In this document: positions 1 to 8,976 of the stretch, in pieces | Position numbering within the stretch: the first letter of the stretch is position 1 | Layout: each line of letters opens with the position of its first letter | Assembly: GCA_963662315.1 (NCBI GenBank) | Contig: OY759353.1 | Span: 4,480,001 to 4,544,000 of the forward strand | Direction of reading: 5' to 3' | Length of the DNA: 64,000 bases | DNA from: Geopsychrobacteraceae bacterium | Lineage (GTDB): Bacteria > Desulfobacterota > Desulfuromonadia > Desulfuromonadales > Geopsychrobacteraceae | Position numbers and translations under genes: made by a program | The notes under the pieces: model-generated | What the model was told of the DNA's origin: nothing | Database searches by the model: none | Seen by the model: the letters and a program-made list of their open reading frames with translations, nothing else

Positions 1-197
1 TTTCCTCCTGGAATGTTTGTGACGGATTGTTCCGCCTTGGTTTTGGCTGGTCCGACCTTGTGCATTATGGCGGCATCTCCATTGATGTTGTCTCATACAG
101 GTCGGCCCGGCCTGATTACTGTTCAGGTCACTGCCTTAAATTGTCCATATCTCTGGAACTGGTAGGCAGCTCTGCCCGAATGAAATAGTGCTTGCTT

Positions 198-237
198 AAG
201 AATAAAGCCCGGAAATCAATGAACGATTTCCGGGCTT
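198..237 (-). terminator. Intrinsic terminator/attenuator in leader
   Basis: AAGCCCGGAAATC-N7-GATTTCCGGGCTT followed by TATTCTT; its 5' arm overlaps the ANTAR hairpin at 232-245. Confidence 0.75.
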
Positions 238-285
238 CATTACCCGATATGACTCCAGCGTGGAGCCCGTGTTGTGATTTGGTTT

Positions 286-343
286 AAAAAAAACCCGAAG
301 AACGATTTCGTTGAGGTTTAAACCAGTGAAATCAAATCTCGGG
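286..343 (-). terminator. Intrinsic terminator/attenuator in leader
   Basis: CCCGAG..GATTTC...GAAATC..TTCGGG followed by T8; its 5' arm overlaps the ANTAR hairpin at 342-353. Confidence 0.7.
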
Positions 344-403
344 CATCTTTACCTATTGCAGTTATCAATGTCACGACATCGTGTTGTTGATGCCAGATAT
401 ATA

Positions 404-419
404 AGCATGACCTGTGCCA
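404..419 (-). promoter_or_regulatory. Sigma54 (-24/-12) promoter
   Basis: TGGCACAGGTCATGCT matches TGGCAC-N5-TTGCW. Confidence 0.85.
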
Positions 420-499
420 AGTTTGTTGAAAAAAATGTAAAGTGCTGAAAGAAAAAGGGAAAACTTAAAATATAAAAGTTGTACGTCTGAAAACCTTCT

Positions 500-562
500 T
501 GTCTGACCAATGTGCAATTGCGTGTTTGCATAGAAAATGTGCATGAGCATATTGTTTGTGCA
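500..562. promoter_or_regulatory. Tandem NtrC-like enhancer sites
   Basis: 17-mers TGTCTGACCAATGTGCA (500-516), TGCATAGAAAATGTGCA (527-543) and AGCATATTGTTTGTGCA (546-562), 80-145 bp upstream of the sigma54 box. Confidence 0.55.
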
Positions 563-753
563 ATCTTTCTAAGCATTGGAAATGCCTGACGTTTTCAGTC
601 AGGAACTTGGTGCAGGAGGTTTGTGCCAGGCAGCTCTTACGCTTAACGGTCTGAAATTGAAAAATCGTGAATCGTTACAGGGCGCAAAGATTGATGATGT
701 GCCTAGAAAATAATCTTTTAGAAAAGGGCATAAGCGGGTTGGGGGGAAATAAC

Positions 754-781
754 AAGGTGAAAGGAGTGGTCCTTTCACCTT
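754..781. terminator. Hairpin after PPIase gene
   Basis: AAGGTGAAAGGA-GTGG-TCCTTTCACCTT perfect 12-bp stem. Confidence 0.6.
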
Positions 782-789
782 TGAAGATA

Positions 790-1227
790 TTATTTGGATG
801 GTAATATTTCGGCAAGTTTAAGGGCAAACGTCAGATCGAGCCCGGCCAGGGAATGGTTTCCATCAAGGGTGATGATGTCGTTTTCGATCTTGATAATCAT
901 CATAATGCGTGTCTCTCCGTCAGCAAATTCAAGGTTCAGCTTTTGCCCTACCTTGAGTTCTTTATCGGGAGGGAAAGTGCTGCGCTTTACTTTGAAGATG
1001 TTTCCGTCAAGTCGTTCACCGTAAGCATCCTTGGCCGCAATCAGAATATTTTTAACCTCCCCCTCTTTCATGCCGATAATTTCAGCCTCCAGAGCGGGGA
1101 AGATTTCGTTATTTCCCAGGGTTACGATAAGTGGCGCATCGTCGTCACGGCTGTCAAAGATGCGGCCGTTATCGAGTGTTCCAATATAATGAACCGCCAC
1201 TCGATTCCCTATTTGTGCGAATTTCAT
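790..1227 (-). CDS. FKBP-type peptidyl-prolyl isomerase (SlyD/SlpA-like, no His-rich tail)
   Basis: VAVHYIGTLDNGRIFDS, AYGER and LDGNHSLAGLDLTF motifs. Confidence 0.9.
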   Translation of the reverse strand: MKFAQIGNRVAVHYIGTLDNGRIFDSRDDDAPLIVTLGNNEIFPALEAEIIGMKEGEVKNILIAAKDAYGERLDGNIFKVKRSTFPPDKELKVGQKLNLEFADGETRIMMIIKIENDIITLDGNHSLAGLDLTFALKLAEILPSK

Positions 1228-1673
1228 TCAAACTCTCCTGAGGATATGATCCAAAAACGTTCATCAAAATGATGTTCAAGAATAGGGCAGACATCTTGCC
1301 AGGCGAGTCCCCCGAGGCCACAGCCTGGGCGGGGGACTATGATTTTCTGCCATTTCTTGTAGTTACAAAGTTCAACCAGCTCACGACAGGATTGCTCAAT
1401 AATTTTAAGCTCCGGTCTTTCAAAAGGGCTTGCTTCAACGGGAAAAGAGACAATCCGATGTCCCAGATCAAAAACATGCAGGCCATGCATGGTTATTTGG
1501 GTGCCCAATGTGTAGGCAAGGTTGTCTATTTTGTCAGCAGCCTGACGGGCACACCCCCGCGGCATGGCGCATGTACCGTCTCTTTGAACCAGTCCCCCTG
1601 TGGTTACAGCAACGATACATCCACGACGATGGTAATCCCAAAGATCCCCCTTGATCAGTTGCAACTGAGTCAT
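1224..1673 (-). CDS. Macrodomain (ADP-ribose-binding, Poa1p/TARG1/DarG-like) protein
   Basis: KGDLW, AMPRGCARQAA, IVSFPV and PRPGCGLGGLAW match the macrodomain pattern GD(L)..MG.G.A..FP..P..GCG.GGL.W. Confidence 0.75.
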   Translation of the reverse strand: MTQLQLIKGDLWDYHRRGCIVAVTTGGLVQRDGTCAMPRGCARQAADKIDNLAYTLGTQITMHGLHVFDLGHRIVSFPVEASPFERPELKIIEQSCRELVELCNYKKWQKIIVPRPGCGLGGLAWQDVCPILEHHFDERFWIISSGEFE

Positions 1674-1963
1674 TGGGCCATCCGCTCTCGGGCAACGGAA
1701 ACCAGAAAATCAAAAACCTCTTCTCTGGTTTCGATAAACCGTGGCATCTCATAAATCATCAGCTCTTCCAGCTTTTCAAGAATGTTGCCGTCTTCATAAC
1801 CAAGCTCATTCATGACGGCTTCAAGCATGGCCAGGACATCGTAGAGATCATCACGATCAAACGGGTTCGGATCTGGTTTTTGGGAGAACTTTGGTTCGTC
1901 CCGGTTTTCTTTTTTGTGCTTATATTTATAAAACAAGTCTGAAGGCTTTATTATAACGGGCAT
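1670..1963 (-). CDS. Small acidic hypothetical protein (97 aa)
   Basis: AGGAG SD before ATG at 1963 (MPVIIKPSDL); stop overlaps next start (ATGA). Confidence 0.75.
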   Translation of the reverse strand: MPVIIKPSDLFYKYKHKKENRDEPKFSQKPDPNPFDRDDLYDVLAMLEAVMNELGYEDGNILEKLEELMIYEMPRFIETREEVFDFLVSVARERMAQ

Positions 1964-1974
1964 AATAACTCCTG

Positions 1975-2211
1975 TTAGCTGCAGGACGATCCACAGCCAC
2001 CTGCGCCACAATGGTGTTTTTTCTCACAGACGTCGGCTTTCCCGGCATGGCTGGCCATGAATTCGGATAAACTGCTTTGCTCGACAAACCATTCGCCATC
2101 AATTTCCTCTCCCTTGATCAGACCACGCTTGACATGCATGAGAACATTGAGATCGGTACTCTTCATCTGGCTGGCGGCTTTGCTGATAGGTAACAAGTTC
2201 GTTTCACTCAT
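1975..2211 (-). CDS. Small protein, excisionase/HTH-like N-terminus with Cys/His-rich tail
   Basis: AGGAG SD; LLPISKAASQMK...VKRGLIKG...GEWFVEQSSL resembles HTH_17; C-terminus CEKKHHCGAGGCGSSCS. Confidence 0.7.
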   Translation of the reverse strand: MSETNLLPISKAASQMKSTDLNVLMHVKRGLIKGEEIDGEWFVEQSSLSEFMASHAGKADVCEKKHHCGAGGCGSSCS

Positions 2212-2314
2212 TGCTATTCTCCTGACGTTGCACCCGGTAAAACGGTCGTTTTAGATGCGGGTGGCTGTTGAATTTCTGATGCCACCTCTCTGTAGCAACG
2301 ACTTATAATTTTTT

Positions 2315-3208
2315 TTACTGACGTGCCAGCGGTGACAGGCTCATCAACTGTGGGGTTAGCTCTTCTATGTCCTGGCGAACCTTGGTGTCCAGTTTCTTAA
2401 GCCAGTCTTTGGGGAGCGCATCAAAACCATAAAAGGCTCCGGCAATCATTCCGGCGATGGCTCCTGTGGTGTCAGCATCTCCTCCTTGGTTGACGACACC
2501 GATGAGACACTCTTCAAAATCTGCCGTGGAGAACAGGTAATGAAAAACTGTCTGCAATGTATCAACGACATAACCACTCGCCTGTCCCTTATATTTGTTG
2601 AACTTAAAATTAGGGTAAGCCTCGGTCAGCTCTCTGGTAACGGCATGCAGTGAGAAACGATCGGTGCCGAGTATTCCGGCCTGAACCATCTTACCGACGG
2701 TAATGCTCCCCGCATCGGAAAGCGCATGGTGATGGGTCAGCCGGGCTTGTTCTAACGTATATTGTTTCAGGGCCTCATCACTACCGAGCGAGACCAGGGC
2801 CACGGGAGCCATACGCATGACCGCACCGTTACCGGCGTCCCATTCATTAAGCGGAACCTGCAGTTCACCAGTGTTCATGTAGGCGCGGATCCCTTTTCGC
2901 ACCGTGGAACCGATGTCGATCGGTTTATTGCGCATCCAGGTGACAAAATTATCAGCAATGGCAGCAAGGTCCCAGCCGTTACAGTCAACAATAGCCCGGG
3001 CAATAGCCAGTGACATCTCTGTGTCATCGGTCACCTGGCCCGGTTTGACTCCCAGCCAACCACCACCGATCATTTTTCGGTGCTTCTTGTGTTTAGCCTG
3101 AATCTCTCCAGGGGTCATAAATTCCGTTGTTGCTCCCAGAGCATCGCCAATCGCCAGCCCTAAAAAGGCGGCGAGGGCGCGCGAGTGATGTTCCGTAGTA
3201 ATACTCAT
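2315..3208 (-). CDS. draG: ADP-ribosyl-[dinitrogen reductase] glycohydrolase
   Basis: GLAIGDALGATTEF, GQVTDDTEM, AGNGAVMR and GGDADTTGAIAG motifs; coupled to draT. Confidence 0.95.
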   Translation of the reverse strand: MSITTEHHSRALAAFLGLAIGDALGATTEFMTPGEIQAKHKKHRKMIGGGWLGVKPGQVTDDTEMSLAIARAIVDCNGWDLAAIADNFVTWMRNKPIDIGSTVRKGIRAYMNTGELQVPLNEWDAGNGAVMRMAPVALVSLGSDEALKQYTLEQARLTHHHALSDAGSITVGKMVQAGILGTDRFSLHAVTRELTEAYPNFKFNKYKGQASGYVVDTLQTVFHYLFSTADFEECLIGVVNQGGDADTTGAIAGMIAGAFYGFDALPKDWLKKLDTKVRQDIEELTPQLMSLSPLARQ

Positions 3209-3993
3209 CCGCCAATCATCACCTTGACATCATACTCGCCACCAAAAACCAGGTATTCATCCTCCCCCTTAAAGAGAGATTTGGGCAGGATGCCGCAGAG
3301 GAAAAAGATTTTTGGCAGAGGGACTGAAACACGCAAAACACGGCTACCGAATTCCCAGGCTTTTTCAAAATCACCGGTAAAGGAATTTAAATTGTTCAAG
3401 CGCATATAAAAGCGATTTTTCTCGATTTCTTCGACAATGACATGCTCTTCAAAATCATTGATCCCGCGATACAGGGTCAGATGTGAGCAACCCGGCATCT
3501 GCCGTTTAAGTTCGTACTGAATGAATGTGTAGACCAAATCCAGTTGCGAAAAGATCGCGTTGGTGCGGGATGATCCTTTCATCCGGTCGACCATGTACTG
3601 GTAGTATTCTTCAGAGTGAATATCCCTGATTTTATTGCGATGAAACGTGGGGATCAGGCCCAGGCGCGATTCAACCCAACCCTTGAGCACGGCTCCTTCA
3701 ATGGAATTGCTGTCAAACAGCCAACCGCGCAAAAAACGCAGATAGCTGTTTTTCAAGCTTTTCTGGCTGCTTCGCGATGCTTCCCGCTGCCACTGATGGA
3801 GCTGAAACGTGACATCCATAAAGTCGTGAAAGCGACTTCCGCGTTCCTCAGCATTGTCAATCCGGTCCAGTTCCTCAAAGAGCAACCTTCCCATGTGTTT
3901 GGCTCCCTGAATTTCAAGTGCCTGAGGGTTAGCATTGTACAATGGTGATGCGATGGACCACGGTGGAAGATTACACAGGTTAATATGGGTCAC
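3205..3993 (-). CDS. draT: NAD+-dinitrogen-reductase ADP-ribosyltransferase
   Basis: NLCNLPPW, YLRFLRGWLFDSNSIEGAVLKGWVESRLGL, LYRG, LNNLNSFT and KGEDEYLV motifs; GTG start. Confidence 0.95.
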   Translation of the reverse strand: MTHINLCNLPPWSIASPLYNANPQALEIQGAKHMGRLLFEELDRIDNAEERGSRFHDFMDVTFQLHQWQREASRSSQKSLKNSYLRFLRGWLFDSNSIEGAVLKGWVESRLGLIPTFHRNKIRDIHSEEYYQYMVDRMKGSSRTNAIFSQLDLVYTFIQYELKRQMPGCSHLTLYRGINDFEEHVIVEEIEKNRFYMRLNNLNSFTGDFEKAWEFGSRVLRVSVPLPKIFFLCGILPKSLFKGEDEYLVFGGEYDVKVMIGG

Positions 3994-4006
3994 GTGCGTG
4001 TTCAGT

Positions 4007-4570
4007 TTAACCCTCCATCAACAGAATCGCTTCAGCAACTTCTTTGATACTCTTACGCTTGTCCATGGCCAGTTTTTGAATCTTACGGTGAGCTTCAGGC
4101 TCTTTCAGCCCTTGCTTCATCAGTACTCCTTTAGCCCGATCGACCAGTTTACGGGTTTCTAGGCTGTCCTTAAGGGCAGTGACCTCGTCGCGCAGGTTTG
4201 AGAGTTCAATAAATTGATGGATTGCCAAGTCGATGCTGATTTTTAATTGCTCTTCCTTAAAGGGTTTCATCAGATACTGATGAACACCGGCATCCTGGGC
4301 GCGGGACACGGTTTCATGATCGATGGTTCCGGTCAGCAGGACTATGGCTCCACAGGGATCGCGGTTGATTTTAGCGGCAGCACTCACACCGTCCATTACC
4401 GGCATAGTGACATCCATAATCGTCAACAATGGCTTGTGGGTTGCCGCCATGGCGACAGCTTGTGCGCCATCGGCTGCTTCGTATATGTCGTTAAATCCAT
4501 AGTCGGCCAGTGCATTACACACTTGACGGCGAATCAGGGGCTCATCATCTACAACTAACGCAGTTTTCAC
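4007..4570 (-). CDS. gnfR: Response regulator with C-terminal ANTAR RNA-binding domain (GnfR/NasT-like antiterminator)
   Basis: Receiver (VVDDE, MDVTMP, KPF) plus ANTAR LETRKLVDRAKGVLM...EAHRKIQKLAMDKRKSIKEVAEAI; orthology to Geobacter GnfR is inferred from context. Confidence 0.85.
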   Translation of the reverse strand: MKTALVVDDEPLIRRQVCNALADYGFNDIYEAADGAQAVAMAATHKPLLTIMDVTMPVMDGVSAAAKINRDPCGAIVLLTGTIDHETVSRAQDAGVHQYLMKPFKEEQLKISIDLAIHQFIELSNLRDEVTALKDSLETRKLVDRAKGVLMKQGLKEPEAHRKIQKLAMDKRKSIKEVAEAILLMEG

Positions 4571-4600
4571 GTTGGGATCCTTCTTGTCTGCTTAGCAGGG

Positions 4601-4626
4601 GCTCCCCGCGGATAAGCGCGGGGAGC
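4601..4626. other. Strong intergenic hairpin without U-tract on the coding strand
   Basis: GCTCCCCGCG-GATAAG-CGCGGGGAGC between amtB and the ANTAR regulator. Confidence 0.6.
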
Positions 4627-4681
4627 GTTAAGTCGCAAAACTAACTTTGATAGGTGATTAAGGTCTCGATGTTTTCTTGGC

Positions 4682-6034
4682 TTAGCGCCCTTCCGGCGAA
4701 GAGGTGTAACCGGAAATGCCACTGGCGCCACCAATGCTGACGCGCTGGAAGTCGGGGTAGGCTTCCATACCGATTTCCGTTGAGTCACACCCGAGCATCT
4801 CTTCTTCTTCACTGACGCGGATACCGACGGTGTACTTCAGGAGCAGCCACACCACAGAGGTGGTGATGACCACGAAGACCGCCGTAGCGGCGACACCGAT
4901 AAACTGCACGCCGAAACTGGCGTCATCATTGGTGAATGGAACCGCCAGGGTTCCCCATACACCACACACCAGGTGGACGGACAGAGCACCGACAACGTCA
5001 TCAATTTTCAGCTTGTCAAAAAACGGAACAGCCAGCACAACCAGGATGCCACCGACAGCACCGATCAGGGTTGCCGCTCCCAAAGACGGGGTGGCCGGAC
5101 CGGCTGTAATGGAGACCAGACCTGCCAGGGCGCCGTTTAACGCCATGGTCACGTCAACTTTCTTGTACATGATCTGCACCAGGATCATGGCGGCGATCAT
5201 TCCGCCGCAGGCGGCCATGTTGGTGTTGACCATAACGTTGGACATCTCGATGGCGCTGCCAGCAGCGCCCAGAGCCAGAACCGAACCACCGTTAAACCCG
5301 TACCAGCCCATCCACAGGATGAAGGTCCCCAGGGTGGCCAGAGGAATGTTGGAACCGGGCATCGGGTTTATCCGACCGTTTTTACCGTATTTGCCTTTGC
5401 GCGCCCCCAGAATGATGGCACCGGTCAACGCGGCCCAGCCACCAACGGAGTGAACCAGGGTCGATCCGGCATAGTCCGTAAAGCCCATTTCCGACAGCCA
5501 GCCACCACCCCAGGTCCAGGAGCCCTGAATCGGGTAGATGATCCCGGTCAGCACCACACAGAAGGCCAGAAAGCTCCACAGCTTGATCCGCTCGGCAACA
5601 CAACCCGAGACCACGGAACAGGCCGCACCACAGAACACCATCTGGAAGAACCAGTCAGACGCGGCGGCATAGCCACCGGAATAATCACCGGCCAGGGCCG
5701 CGGCATCATCGGCCGACCAGAAACCGAAGCTGCCGATAAAACCACCGTCAACACCGGCGTACATCAGGTTGTAACCGACCACGTAAAACAGAATGCCGGC
5801 AATACCGAACAGGGAGATGTTTTTCAGACAGATGGTGGCCACGTTCTTGGAGCGCACCAGCCCTGATTCGAGCATCCCGAACCCGGCGGCCATCCACATG
5901 ACCAGAATCCCCATGACCAGGAAGGAAAAGGTGTTGAGAATGTAAGACATCTCGGAAACCGGAGCATCCTCAGCCAAAGCGAGGGTCGGTATCAGGCACA
6001 GGAAGGTCAGCAGGACCAAAACCAGTTTTTTCAT
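4682..6034 (-). CDS. amtB: Ammonium transporter (copy 2)
   Basis: Signal peptide, FFQMVF, DYAGSTLVHSVGG, WYGFNGGS, DDVVGALSVH (twin His intact). Confidence 0.97.
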   Translation of the reverse strand: MKKLVLVLLTFLCLIPTLALAEDAPVSEMSYILNTFSFLVMGILVMWMAAGFGMLESGLVRSKNVATICLKNISLFGIAGILFYVVGYNLMYAGVDGGFIGSFGFWSADDAAALAGDYSGGYAAASDWFFQMVFCGAACSVVSGCVAERIKLWSFLAFCVVLTGIIYPIQGSWTWGGGWLSEMGFTDYAGSTLVHSVGGWAALTGAIILGARKGKYGKNGRINPMPGSNIPLATLGTFILWMGWYGFNGGSVLALGAAGSAIEMSNVMVNTNMAACGGMIAAMILVQIMYKKVDVTMALNGALAGLVSITAGPATPSLGAATLIGAVGGILVVLAVPFFDKLKIDDVVGALSVHLVCGVWGTLAVPFTNDDASFGVQFIGVAATAVFVVITTSVVWLLLKYTVGIRVSEEEEMLGCDSTEIGMEAYPDFQRVSIGGASGISGYTSSPEGR

Positions 6035-6096
6035 GGTGAATTTCTCCTTAATCTATTGTGATCACTGTCGTTAAGTACGTACAGCCGGAAATGGAT

Positions 6097-6471
<375 letters not shown>

Positions 6472-6513
6472 TCAGCATATTTAAAATTAAATGTTTGTCC
6501 TATACAGGTTATT

Positions 6514-6529
6514 AGCAGCTACCGTGCCA
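6514..6529 (-). promoter_or_regulatory. Sigma54 promoter of glnK2-amtB2-gnfR-draT-draG
   Basis: TGGCACGGTAGCTGCT; NtrC-like TGCCTTAAAATTATGCA upstream at 6580-6596. Confidence 0.85.
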
Positions 6530-6677
6530 AGTTGTAATATGCTGAAAATATGGAGAAAAAGTAGAAGTCAAATAATTGTTGCCTTAAAATTATGCAGATT
6601 GGTTCTGTTGTGCTTAACCGCTAAACATGGTGGCAATGTGGGATGGACGTGGGTGTAAGGCCATACGGCCTGAGGAT

Positions 6678-6731
6678 TATGAAACCTGAAATTTCAAAGG
6701 TGAAATCGCGTAGCGTGTCACGCGCTACGCG
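6678..6731. repeat. Degenerate 7-bp tandem repeat plus hairpin
   Basis: TATGAAA CCTGAAA TTTCAAA GGTGAAA T, then CGCGTAGCGTG-TCA-CGCGCTACGCG. Confidence 0.6.
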
Positions 6732-6740
6732 TAAGCGATG

Positions 6741-6767
6741 AGTGCCTCCCCACGGCAGGAGGCACTC
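6741..6767 (-). terminator. Hairpin after amtB1
   Basis: GAGTGCCTCC-N7-GGAGGCACTC; weak U-tract. Confidence 0.55.
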
Positions 6768-6786
6768 ATGTTTTGCAGGTGGGAAA

Positions 6787-8127
6787 TTACTTTTTCGTAT
6801 CTTCGGGAGTAAAGACTGAACCGAGACGTACCGTGTGAAAATCCGGGTAGGCGCTGGCGCCATGTTCAGAAAAGTCAAGGCCGGCAAGCTCTTCTTCCTT
6901 GGTAACTCGCATACCGATGACCATATCGATCCCTTTGAAGAGGATCAGGCCGCAGATCATGGCCCAGGCAAAACAGGCAACAATACCGATCACCTGAACA
7001 CCGATTGTGTGCAGGGAGAATCCAGCGGTATCGAACAGTCCGGCGGCGAGGGTTCCCCAGGCACCGCAAACACCGTGAACGGAAACAGCACCGACTGGAT
7101 CGTCAATTTTGATTTTGTCAAAGAACATAACAGAGAAGACAACCAGAACGCCGGCGATGGCGCCAATGATAACAGCAGACAGGGGGGTCACGTTAGCACA
7201 CCCGGCGGTGATCCCGACCAGGCCGGCGAGACAACCGTTCAGGGTCATACCGATATCGCTTTTGCCAAACTTGGCCCAGGTGTAAAGCATTGCGGTAACC
7301 GAACCTGCGGCTGCTGCCAGACAGGTGGTGACGGCAATCAAAGCGATAGATGTGTCACCCGTGGTGGTAGAACCAGGGTTGAAGCCGAACCAGCCGAAGA
7401 ACAACAGAAAAACACCGAGGGCGGCAATTGGAATATTGTGGCCGGGAATTGGTTTAACGTTGCCGTTTTTATCAAATTTACCGGCACGGGCGCCAACGAC
7501 GATAGCACCAGCCAGGGCCAGCCAGCCACCCATGGAGTGGACAACAGTTGAACCGGCAAAGTCGATAAAACCGAGACCTTCCAGCCAGCCACTACCATGA
7601 TAAAGGCTGCCCCAGGCCCAGCCACCAAAAATTGGGTAGATCAGGGCCGAAACAAAGATTGAGTAAACCATGTAGGCACTGAATTTGGTCCGTTCAGCAA
7701 CCGCACCGGAAATAATGGTGGCAGCAGTTGCTGCAAAGACAACCTGGAACATCCAGAAGGCGTAGTTCCACGCTTCGGCGTCACCAGTAGCTCCTCCGAA
7801 AAAGAAATCAGTGGTGCCGAAAAAGCCGTTGGTCGTGCCGAACATCAGACCGAAGCCGATAGCCCAGAAGGCCAGGGCGCCAACGGAGAAGTCCATCATG
7901 TTTTTCATCATGATGTTACAGGCGTTTTTCGCACGGGTGAACCCGGCTTCAACCATAGCAAAACCGGCCTGCATAAGGAAAACCAGGAAGGCTGCGATCA
8001 AGGTCCAGACAAAGTTGAGGTTGTTCTGAACCGCATCAGCTGTCAGCGGTTCAGCATCAGCAGCTAGGGACAGAAAGGGAAGGCCAAGCACGAGGGCGAT
8101 GGTCAAGAGTGAGGTTAGTTTTCTCAT
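6787..8127 (-). CDS. amtB: Ammonium transporter (copy 1)
   Basis: MQAGFAMVEAG, FQVVFAATAATIISGAVAER, DFAGSTVVH, DDPVGAVSVHG. Confidence 0.97.
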   Translation of the reverse strand: MRKLTSLLTIALVLGLPFLSLAADAEPLTADAVQNNLNFVWTLIAAFLVFLMQAGFAMVEAGFTRAKNACNIMMKNMMDFSVGALAFWAIGFGLMFGTTNGFFGTTDFFFGGATGDAEAWNYAFWMFQVVFAATAATIISGAVAERTKFSAYMVYSIFVSALIYPIFGGWAWGSLYHGSGWLEGLGFIDFAGSTVVHSMGGWLALAGAIVVGARAGKFDKNGNVKPIPGHNIPIAALGVFLLFFGWFGFNPGSTTTGDTSIALIAVTTCLAAAAGSVTAMLYTWAKFGKSDIGMTLNGCLAGLVGITAGCANVTPLSAVIIGAIAGVLVVFSVMFFDKIKIDDPVGAVSVHGVCGAWGTLAAGLFDTAGFSLHTIGVQVIGIVACFAWAMICGLILFKGIDMVIGMRVTKEEELAGLDFSEHGASAYPDFHTVRLGSVFTPEDTKK

Positions 8128-8179
8128 GGCAGATATCTCCTAAATCATTAAATCATGAGAGTGTGGACTAAATAGTCTA

Positions 8180-8656
<477 letters not shown>

Positions 8657-8668
8657 TTAGAGCTTCTC

Positions 8669-8818
8669 TAGCAAGTTGTTGAATAAAAACATCTGTGCAT
8701 TGCCGTTGCGGCGTTAAAAATGGACTCAAAATGTTTATCTGCTGGTGCCATCTCCGCAGTTTAGCCAATATTCGCCTTGCTCTTGCTGTTTTGATGACGT
8801 TTTTCTATTTCCTTGATA
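8669..8818. repeat. Degenerate MITE/REP-like element
   Basis: TA-ended imperfect TIRs (TAGCAAG...CTTGATA); internal GCGTT..CTCAAAATG..CTCCGC..GCCTTGC pattern resembles dispersed repeats of delta/gammaproteobacteria (recalled, not searched). Confidence 0.5.
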
Positions 8819-8819
8819 A

Positions 8820-8835
8820 TGCAGACTTTGTACCA
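8820..8835 (-). promoter_or_regulatory. Sigma54 promoter of glnK1-amtB1
   Basis: TGGTACAAAGTCTGCA. Confidence 0.7.
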
Positions 8836-8976
8836 ATTGAATGACAGAGAAAACTTAAGGGCTGCAGGTGCTGTTTCTCGTCTTTATGGCGAAAAAATAT
8901 ACATAAAAAGTTTTGGCTGCTTAAAAAATGGACTGGCAGGTGTGCCTGTTCTTGAGGCATACACCTGCAGCCAGAT

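Larger units (their letters stand above)
74..383 (-). promoter_or_regulatory. 5' leader with multiple ANTAR-type hairpins and two overlapping intrinsic terminators
   Basis: Minus-strand short-stem/6-nt-loop hairpins with G at loop position 4: CAC-GATGTC-GTG (372-383), GGT-AAAGAT-GCC (342-353), GGGT-AATGAA-GCCC (232-245), GGC-AGAGCT-GCC (165-176), CATC-AATGGA-GATG (74-87). The SD-like AGGAGG at 4-9 points to a gene outside the window. Confidence 0.7.

Noticed and set aside
349..576. 75-aa ORF on the minus strand
   Set aside because: It overlaps the sigma54 promoter and enhancer sites and has no recognisable motif or SD.
1224..1673. DarTG anti-phage toxin-antitoxin system
   Set aside because: No DarT neighbour, no DarG C-terminal domain, and the catalytic Lys position is Glu.
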